DNA of 64,000 nt. It comes from an uncultured Anaerolineaceae bacterium (GTDB lineage: Bacteria; Chloroflexota; Anaerolineae; Anaerolineales; Anaerolineaceae). How positions within the stretch are numbered: the stretch's first letter is position 1; the number at the start of each line of letters is the position of its first letter. The notes below the pieces were generated by a model. The model saw only the letters and a list, made by a program, of their open reading frames with translations, had not been told where the DNA came from and did not search any database. A program made the position numbers and the translations under genes. This document shows positions 1 to 6,978 of this stretch, in pieces. The stretch lies in contig CAZHTS010000003.1 in NCBI GenBank assembly GCA_964535315.1, forward strand, positions 1 through 64,000, read 5' to 3'.

Positions 1-54
1 CGCGCTGGTACGGCGAGATCATCGCCAGCAACGGCGCCCGGCTGCACGGGTAAA
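1..54 (+). CDS. 3' end of an unidentified upstream gene (partial; frame ends ...RWYGEIIASNGARLHG*)
   Basis: An open frame runs in from the window edge to a TAA at 52-54; it is too short to assign. Confidence 0.2.
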
Positions 55-60
55 GAACGT

Positions 61-951
61 CTACTCCACCCGCAGCCGGCTGCTGCCCAGTTCGATCACG
101 TCGCCGGGTCGCAGCAGTTGTGCCCCGGCGACACGCCGGCCTTTGACCCACACCCCGCCGGTCGAGCCCAGGTCGCGCACCTGCCAGCCGGCGGTGGTGA
201 GTTCGATCACGGCATGCCGGTGGGATAGCTCCTCATCCACCAGGCACACATCGTTATCGCTGTCGCTGCCGATGGACAGGCTGCCGCGTAAAGGGATGGC
301 GCGCCCATCGTCCAGGTGCAGCGCCCGCGGCGTCTGGACGGTTGAGGCAGGCGGCAAAAATGGTTTAAGCCACCCGCTCACCCCTGCACCGGTTTCCCCA
401 TTGAGAAGCGCCCCGCCGGAGCGCTTCTCGCCCTGCTCTTCGGCGTTCAGCGCGCCGCCGCTTTGAAGACGCAATTTCAGGCGTTGCTCCAGATGCTGGC
501 CCCCGGCGACAAGGATAGCCACCAGTTCCGGGCCGCCCGGTTCCAGGGCGGCATCCGCGGCCGGTGCAAATACCGTTACCGGGATCCATAACGCCCCACG
601 AACAACGTACGGGCCTTGCTGCCGGGTACGCCGGTAGCATAGCCTGACCCACTCGCGGTTCGGGCCCTCAACCCGCAGACTGATCTTCGCCGCCAGAGCA
701 TCCAGCCTGTCCGCAGCTACAAACGGCGGCTGGGCGCTCACGCTGGCGCAGGCAAACACCTCTTTGTCGCCGGGCCGCAGACCGGGATCAGCGGCGTCCG
801 CCCATTTCAAGTGCAGCGCATAAACCCGTCCCCCGGCTTCTCCATGCTTCGCACCCTGGATACGCCAGAAAACCAGCACACCGACCACCACGAGAAGCGC
901 AATCAGCGCCAACACAAGCCCGCCTGCAGCGGATATTCCCTCCCCGTTCAC
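61..951 (-). CDS. FHA domain-containing membrane protein
   Basis: 296-aa ORF with an N-terminal hydrophobic helix (LVLALIALLVVVGVLVFW) and a C-terminal FHA-like region (GSDSDNDVCLVDEELSHRHAVIELTTAGWQVRDLGSTGGVWVKGRRV...GDVIELGSSRLRV). It is transcribed divergently from the HK-caspase cassette. Confidence 0.7.
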   Translation of the reverse strand: MNGEGISAAGGLVLALIALLVVVGVLVFWRIQGAKHGEAGGRVYALHLKWADAADPGLRPGDKEVFACASVSAQPPFVAADRLDALAAKISLRVEGPNREWVRLCYRRTRQQGPYVVRGALWIPVTVFAPAADAALEPGGPELVAILVAGGQHLEQRLKLRLQSGGALNAEEQGEKRSGGALLNGETGAGVSGWLKPFLPPASTVQTPRALHLDDGRAIPLRGSLSIGSDSDNDVCLVDEELSHRHAVIELTTAGWQVRDLGSTGGVWVKGRRVAGAQLLRPGDVIELGSSRLRVE

Positions 952-1283
952 ATGCCCCCCAACACTTCCAACCCAGGTTTATTCCGCTGCGCCCACATCG
1001 CTTCCTCTCAACAAGAACAACTTTTGATTAAGCTTCACTGCACCGATGCGTATGCCGTTCCCCACATATAACAACCAACGAACACGCCTATTATAACCCG
1101 CTTTTGCGCAGATCAGAACCAACCGCCGCCTTCAGGCGGGGTAATGCACACTTTTCCAAAGCGCCGATAGTTTAATATTGTCAAAATTGGAAAAGTGGAG
1201 CACAATCAAGAAACAAACATGAGTCATAGCCAAAACAAAAGGGCAGCACAATCGATTTATCTCCTTATGAAGGGGCGTTTCGG

Positions 1284-3263
1284 ATGCCAGATGAAAAAAA
1301 GATTCGATTGCTGATCGTGGATGACATCGCTGAGACGCGCCACAATGTTCGCACACTGTGCAACTATGCCGCCGGTTATATTGAAGTAATTGGGGAAGCT
1401 CGTACTGGGCGAGAAGCCATAAATAAAGCTTTCGAGACAGAACCCGACGTTATCTTGATGGATATCAACATGCCCGATATGGATGGCCTTACCGCCACCC
1501 AGGTCATCCGTAAACGGCTTAAACATACAGGGGTCGTGGTTTTATCGGTACAATCTGACCCGGATTACATGCGCCGCGCCATGCTGGCCGGGGTCCAGGA
1601 TTTTCTGACAAAACCCCCGATGTACGACGAACTGCTGGATGCCATTCGGCGGGCTAAAGCCATCGTGGAAAGCCAGGCAAGCGCCCTTCAACAGGCCATC
1701 GTCTCAAACAATCAGACCCAAAATGACGAACATCTACATCTAAAAAAACAAGAACTTGAAATCACAATATTTGACCTCACGGCCCGGTTGGAGCTATATC
1801 AACAGAGCCCAATAACCGCCAGCCTGGTCAATGAAATCGAACTGCTCATTTCAGGGTTGGCCCACGATTTGAGAAGCCCCATCAACATTATGCTAGGGAT
1901 TCTTACCACCCTGCCCACAAAAAATGAGAGGAACCAAAAGGACGTGGAGCGCATTTTGCGCCGCTGTTTATATTGCAAATGGATTGCAGATAATTTCTTG
2001 GGGATCAGTATGAGTGAGAAAATGGTGCTTCGCCAGGTCCCCATGCATCAGGCGTTGGATGCAGCCGCCCTCCTTCTGGAAAACCAACTATCCACTTCTA
2101 TCAAAATAGAGAATCAGATCCCCAAAGATGTATCCGTCTACGCAGACGCCAACTTGATTAATATTGTTTTTCTCAATCTACTCACCAATGCTGTCGAAAG
2201 CATGCCTGGCGGCGGGATTATACGCGTAGATACCCTGCAAGAGAAAAACAACATGCTAATTACGATAGAAGATGATGGGGAAATGATCCCGCTGCAACAC
2301 AGAATAAACTTATTCTCGCTTGGTTTTACAACCAAAAAAGCGCACAGTGGAACCGGGTTGTATGTTGCCAGGCGTCTTATGCAACAGCAAGGTGGGGATT
2401 TGATTTACACCCAGTATTCTGAGAAAAAAGTTTTCGGCCTGCTTTTCCCTCTCCAGCCGCCTCCGCCCAAACCAATCGCGGCCCACACCATAGCCGACTT
2501 AGAAGCCTGGAGCATGGCCCTTCGCCAGCGGTTAGAAGAAGCAGCAAAATATGTGCTCACAGAAGAAGAACACCGGGCAATGATCGACGATTTTAAACGT
2601 CTTTCGACCACATTTTCTCAAAATTTGAGCCATGAATTATCTGCTATTGAAGCCCTGACAAAACAAATCACGCTGCGGCTTGCCATTGACGAGAATCAGC
2701 TCACCACGGCCCTCATGAAAGTAAACAAAAATTGTGCTTATTGCCGTCTACTCACCAATAATATTCTGGAAATAGGCGAAGAATCATCTCCCAGGTATTC
2801 AAAAATTTCATTGATCGACGTGGCCGAAACCGTCCTTTCCCTCATTGATCGAAAAATGCCGGAAAATCTATACCGTGTGGAATGGGATGTCGACCCTACA
2901 CTTACGGAAGTCGAAGCTGACGAAGTACAATTGGATCAGGTTTTTATGAATCTGATCCGGAACAGTCTGGATGCCATGCCGCATGGAGGAACCTTAGGTA
3001 TTCAGATCAGCCAGGATCACGAAGAAGCTGTTGTAAAAATATCCGATACGGGAATAGGGATTTCGCCCGATCATCTTCCCCGGCTTTTTCAGCTTGGTTT
3101 TACCACGAAGCCCAAAGGATATGGCATTGGGTTGTATAGTATTCGAAACATCCTGCAAAAACACGGCGGCCAGATACAGGTATTGAGCAAACCAGGGCAA
3201 GGGACAACGTTTGTTTTTCGCCTCCCTATCGTCCAAAAAAAGGTCGAGGTCAAAAATGAATGA
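1284..3263 (+). CDS. Hybrid response-regulator/histidine kinase with an N-terminal receiver (REC) domain and two tandem HisKA-HATPase kinase cores
   Basis: REC signature (LLIVDDIAETR...DVILMDINMPDMDG). Kinase core 1: H-box LAHDLRSPIN, N-box NLLTNAVESMPGGG, G-box GTGLYVARRL. Pro-rich linker (QPPPPKP). Kinase core 2: H-box-like LSHELSAIE, N-box NLIRNSLDAMPHGG, G-boxes DTGIGISPD and GYGIGLYS. RBS AAGGGG lies upstream of the ATG. GC content is visibly lower than in flanking genes. Confidence 0.85.
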   Translation: MPDEKKIRLLIVDDIAETRHNVRTLCNYAAGYIEVIGEARTGREAINKAFETEPDVILMDINMPDMDGLTATQVIRKRLKHTGVVVLSVQSDPDYMRRAMLAGVQDFLTKPPMYDELLDAIRRAKAIVESQASALQQAIVSNNQTQNDEHLHLKKQELEITIFDLTARLELYQQSPITASLVNEIELLISGLAHDLRSPINIMLGILTTLPTKNERNQKDVERILRRCLYCKWIADNFLGISMSEKMVLRQVPMHQALDAAALLLENQLSTSIKIENQIPKDVSVYADANLINIVFLNLLTNAVESMPGGGIIRVDTLQEKNNMLITIEDDGEMIPLQHRINLFSLGFTTKKAHSGTGLYVARRLMQQQGGDLIYTQYSEKKVFGLLFPLQPPPPKPIAAHTIADLEAWSMALRQRLEEAAKYVLTEEEHRAMIDDFKRLSTTFSQNLSHELSAIEALTKQITLRLAIDENQLTTALMKVNKNCAYCRLLTNNILEIGEESSPRYSKISLIDVAETVLSLIDRKMPENLYRVEWDVDPTLTEVEADEVQLDQVFMNLIRNSLDAMPHGGTLGIQISQDHEEAVVKISDTGIGISPDHLPRLFQLGFTTKPKGYGIGLYSIRNILQKHGGQIQVLSKPGQGTTFVFRLPIVQKKVEVKNE

Positions 3264-5499
3264 CGCTATTCGTATCCTGATCGTTGAAGATGACTCGGAT
3301 TGGCTGGACATTTATAGTGAATACTTGAGAGACGAAAAATACGAAATTGATACCGCCCGAACCATTCAACAGGCTTTTGAACGCTTAGACAGAGCAATCT
3401 ACGATGTGGTCATTACCGATTTAAAGATGATCGGGTTTGATTACGACTTTGGCGGCTTCAGCGTGCTTAAAAGAGTTCGCGAAATAAGTTCCTGCACGCA
3501 AGTCATCGTCATTACGGCCTATGGTACACAAGAAATCGCATTTCGGGCTACTCAGCAAGGAGCCTTTGATATCGTGTACAAACCCCCCGACCCTGACCGC
3601 CTGCGGGTAAGTGTAAGAGGCGCGATACAGGCCAGTCAGATGCTTGCGACTCGTCGCGGTGATACAGCGCGCCTGTCTCGCCATGCCAGAGTGCCTGCTC
3701 AAAATGCAGCCGAAAACACCCCAGGACTGGGGCTCTTTGGCATCACCGGTAACAGCCGGCAGATGCAAACCACTTTTGAAAAAATCAGCTACGCCGTTCA
3801 TACCGACGCCCCTGTTTTTTTATACGGAGAAACAGGCACCGGGAAGAACCTGATTGCAAAAGCCATCCACCATAATTCCAAACGACAATCTCGCCCTTTC
3901 TCTTCTGTGGCGTTTGCTGATCTTGTGGAGCATTGGAATGCCATTCAGCGCAACCTGTTGCGGATAAAAGGCGGCACCTTCTTCCTGGATTCTTTACAGA
4001 AACCAGGCCCAGGAGCAAGCGCCATCCTGGAAGACCTTTTTACACTTTTGCCCAACGTAGATGTACGCCTGATTTCCACGGTCACTACAGAAGAAAACAC
4101 GCTGGAAAAAATCCGCATCCAATTCGGTTTCGATGCCAATCTGTTTGAGAGGCTTTCACAAACCCCAATTTACATCCCCCCTTTGCGGCTTCGAAAAGAC
4201 GGCGACGACATACCCGCCTTGATCGGCTTTTTTATCCGCACGATCACGGCTGAGCGCTCATCCGAACCACAAATAACCTTTTCAAAAGAGGCGTTAAAAA
4301 AGCTGGTTGATTATGATTATCGTTTGGGAAATGTCAGGGAACTCTATGACATCATTCACAAAGCCGTGAACCTGCTGGGGGCCGAGGGGGAAATTACGCC
4401 TGACCAGCTACCCGCTACGCTGCACCAACGAGAAATGATTGAAGTAAAAGCTGGCCCGGCTCCGGCATCCATTTATACCTTAACCGTTGGCATCGACCAG
4501 TATTTCTTCTTAAACAGGCTGCGTAAGGCTGCTCAGGACGCACAAGACTTTCACGATTTATTGTTGCAAAGCCGGGTGGACAGGCAAAATGCGCTGATGT
4601 TGTTAGATGATCAGGCGACAAAGACGAACATCCTGAATGCTTTATCACAGCTTGCCAGATCGGTAACAGAAAACGATAAGGTTATCATTTTCTTTTCGGG
4701 ACATGGTGTGCAATTACAGGACCTCACCAAAGAAGAATATCTATGCCCGGTTGACACGAATTTTGCCGATCTGGAGAACACACTTATCTCCAGTAAAGAA
4801 TTGACCCGGGCATTTAATGCCATCCACGCCGGCCAGTTCATATGTATTTTTGACGCCTGCCATGCAGGCGGCGTAGGCGAAATCAAACACGCAGGCCTGG
4901 CCATTAAGGATGGGGTCTCCGAGAATTCTTACACACTGTTATCACAGGGCAAGGGTAGAGTGATCCTCGCCTCCAGTTTACCCGACGAGGTTTCCTGGGA
5001 AATCGACACAATGCGCAATGGGTTGTTTACCAATTTTCTGCTCGAAGGATTGAGAGGGAAGGCCGCCCGACAGAATGGCGAGGTGTGGTTGAGCGCTCTG
5101 TTCGGATATGTATCCGAACAAATCCCCAGGCATAGACCACAGCACCCCTATCTCAAATCCGAGACTCAGGACATCGTCATCCTGACAGGCGCCACGCCAA
5201 AAGATACGCGTCACATCCTACAACCTGATCGCGACAATCTTTCTTACAATCTGGCGGCGGTGCGAAATTTGCTCAACAGGGTCTTCAGCGACGAAGGATT
5301 AATTCACTTCTGCCACGACCATTTCCCAATCGTATACGATGATCTGGGCTCAGGAATGAGTAAAGCGACGAAAATTGAATATTTGTTAGACTATTGCGAA
5401 CGCACAATCGAAATCGAAAAGATGTTAAAACTGGTACAGAAGATGAACCCACAACAATATTCGTTTTTTGAAGATCAGCTCCGCAGCCCCACCCCCTGA
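3256..5499 (+). CDS. Receiver (REC) domain - NtrC-type AAA+ (sigma54-interaction-like, GAFTGA-less) - caspase/C14 peptidase - C-terminal EAD-like helical domain fusion protein
   Basis: The start is taken at the ATG at 3256 (MNDAIRILIVEDD; RBS AAGGTCGAGG upstream; ATGAATGA overlaps the stop of the upstream HK), not the ORF-track 3211. REC: phospho-acceptor D in VVITDLKM. AAA+: Walker A LYGETGTGKNLIAKAIHHNS, Walker B GGTFFLDSL, arginine-finger region PPLRLRKDGDDI, GNVRELYDIIHKA; no GAFTGA motif and no C-terminal HTH. Caspase: YTLTVGIDQY...VIIFFSGHGVQ (His) ... ICIFDACHAGG (Cys). C-terminal LLNRVFSDEGLIHFCHDHF...KIEYLLDYCERTIEIEKMLKLVQKMNP resembles the EAD/death-like helical modules of conflict systems. 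Confidence 0.85.
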   Translation: MNDAIRILIVEDDSDWLDIYSEYLRDEKYEIDTARTIQQAFERLDRAIYDVVITDLKMIGFDYDFGGFSVLKRVREISSCTQVIVITAYGTQEIAFRATQQGAFDIVYKPPDPDRLRVSVRGAIQASQMLATRRGDTARLSRHARVPAQNAAENTPGLGLFGITGNSRQMQTTFEKISYAVHTDAPVFLYGETGTGKNLIAKAIHHNSKRQSRPFSSVAFADLVEHWNAIQRNLLRIKGGTFFLDSLQKPGPGASAILEDLFTLLPNVDVRLISTVTTEENTLEKIRIQFGFDANLFERLSQTPIYIPPLRLRKDGDDIPALIGFFIRTITAERSSEPQITFSKEALKKLVDYDYRLGNVRELYDIIHKAVNLLGAEGEITPDQLPATLHQREMIEVKAGPAPASIYTLTVGIDQYFFLNRLRKAAQDAQDFHDLLLQSRVDRQNALMLLDDQATKTNILNALSQLARSVTENDKVIIFFSGHGVQLQDLTKEEYLCPVDTNFADLENTLISSKELTRAFNAIHAGQFICIFDACHAGGVGEIKHAGLAIKDGVSENSYTLLSQGKGRVILASSLPDEVSWEIDTMRNGLFTNFLLEGLRGKAARQNGEVWLSALFGYVSEQIPRHRPQHPYLKSETQDIVILTGATPKDTRHILQPDRDNLSYNLAAVRNLLNRVFSDEGLIHFCHDHFPIVYDDLGSGMSKATKIEYLLDYCERTIEIEKMLKLVQKMNPQQYSFFEDQLRSPTP

Positions 5500-5705
5500 A
5501 ACCAGTCCCGTTTTCTTTGGTCCCTGCCAGTAACGCGTCTCGCGCGATAGCATACAAGCGCCCCAACCTGCGCTAAATTCTGTCACATCCGTCTACCGGT
5601 GGAACGTCGGCTTTGGTTTCGTCAAATTTCCATCTACGCGCTTTTGTACCCTGGCGTCTTTGCGTTAAGCCTTGAACCAACAGCGCCCATCCTGCCGCCG
5701 GCCCA

Positions 5706-5742
5706 GGCCACACAGGTCTCGGGGCCCTGTGTGGCCTTTTGC
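5706..5742 (+). terminator. Rho-independent terminator downstream of the HK-caspase operon
   Basis: Perfect 11-bp stem GGCCACACAGG / CCTGTGTGGCC with a 9-nt loop, followed by TTTTGC. Confidence 0.5.
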
Positions 5743-5763
5743 AGTTCGGATCTCCAGCGGGGT

Positions 5764-6294
5764 TTACCAGCCGTTCCAGTGAACCTTCTCCGGCTTCCAC
5801 TTATCTTTGGCCGGTTCCGCCCCTGCCGGACGGCCAAGGGGGATGACGCTGAGCGGAACGATCGAGTCGGGCAAATTCAAAATAGCCCGAACAGTTCCCA
5901 CCCGCCCGGCGTCGGGCAGGACGGCCGTCCACACCGCACCCCACCCCAACGCTTCGGCTGCCAGCAAAATGTTTTCGGTGGCGGCCGAGCAATCCATCAC
6001 CCACAACAAGCCATTGCCATCGTCAGGCATCTGGCGGCCGGTGTCGCCGCACACCACAATGGCAGCCGGGGCATGCAGCAGCATCTTGGCGTATGGCAAT
6101 TCGCTTCCCAGGCGCTGTAACACCTCGGGCTGGTTGACAACCACAAAGGCCCAGGGTTGCAGATTGACCGCCGACGGCGCAGCCATCCCGGCGCGTACGA
6201 TGCGTTCCAGGTCGGCGTCGGGGACCGGTTCGGCGGTGTACTTGCGGACGCTCTTACGGTTCATGATCAGTGACAAATCGTTCATGTTTCTCAT
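5764..6294 (-). CDS. Nitroreductase family protein (NAD(P)H-flavin oxidoreductase-like)
   Basis: MNDLSLIMNRKSVRKYT...PSAVNLQPWAFVVV is the typical nitroreductase N-terminus. The start is probably at MRNMND (RBS AAGGATGAG) rather than the ORF-track 6333. Confidence 0.8.
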   Translation of the reverse strand: MRNMNDLSLIMNRKSVRKYTAEPVPDADLERIVRAGMAAPSAVNLQPWAFVVVNQPEVLQRLGSELPYAKMLLHAPAAIVVCGDTGRQMPDDGNGLLWVMDCSAATENILLAAEALGWGAVWTAVLPDAGRVGTVRAILNLPDSIVPLSVIPLGRPAGAEPAKDKWKPEKVHWNGW

Positions 6295-6351
6295 CCTTTG
6301 CTGCAAAATAGATTTTGTTGTTTGTACACACAAGCTTGCAGTTAAAAAAAT

Positions 6352-6786
6352 TCAACCCTCTGCGATGATCTGATTGGCGCGATCGATCTCGGCCGTCAGG
6401 TGATCGGCGAAATCCCGCCCCAACACGGCGACAAAACGTTCGTGCAACGCCGCCCACGCCTGGCGCAAGAGCGGCTGCAATTCCAGGCCCTTTTGCGTCG
6501 GGTACACTTTAGATACCTTCCCCACCAGTTCGCGCCGCAGCAATTGCCGCTCAACCAGCTTGTCGATAAAACGCGTGACGGTTGAAGGCGCCAGATTCAT
6601 ACACGTCGCGATCTCATTCTGATTGATGCCGGGCGTTTCGTTAACAAGCATCTGGACAAAAGCATAAGAAGGAGCCAGCCCGGTGACCATAAAGGCTTCA
6701 TCCGCCATCTTGCTGACCGAACGAGCCAGCGAATTGGCGGTGAAATACAGACAGGCATTAAGGTGAGAATCACATTGGGGTGCCAT
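6352..6786 (-). CDS. MarR family transcriptional regulator
   Basis: Winged-HTH signature (...INQNEIATCMNLAPSTVTRFIDKLVERQLLRRE...). Start chosen at MAPQCD with RBS AAGGAAGG; the ORF-track N-extension lacks an RBS. Confidence 0.75.
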   Translation of the reverse strand: MAPQCDSHLNACLYFTANSLARSVSKMADEAFMVTGLAPSYAFVQMLVNETPGINQNEIATCMNLAPSTVTRFIDKLVERQLLRRELVGKVSKVYPTQKGLELQPLLRQAWAALHERFVAVLGRDFADHLTAEIDRANQIIAEG

Positions 6787-6978
6787 TGCGCCTTCCTTAC
6801 AATTGTTTGCACATACAATTATAAGCCAGACAGGATTGTTGTCAAGAGTTTCTGCCTCCACCACTCTCTTCTTAAGCGTTAGGAAGGGTTTAAAAAAGGT
6901 GTCAATAGAGATTGACAATTCACACGATCCGGGTATAGACTTAGTGCGGTTGTTTTTTATTCACAGAATAGGAGAACC

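Noticed and set aside
3211-3255. ORF-track start at 3211 for the caspase fusion gene (MFFASLSSKKRSRSKM...)
   Set aside because: That extension lies entirely inside the upstream kinase gene and has no RBS. The ATG at 3256 has an RBS and the ATGAATGA stop/start overlap typical of coupled genes, and it begins exactly at the receiver domain.
5599-6120. 173-aa + strand ORF overlapping the nitroreductase gene
   Set aside because: It is antisense to a gene with a clear nitroreductase signature, and its own translation is low-complexity (R/P/A-rich) with no RBS.
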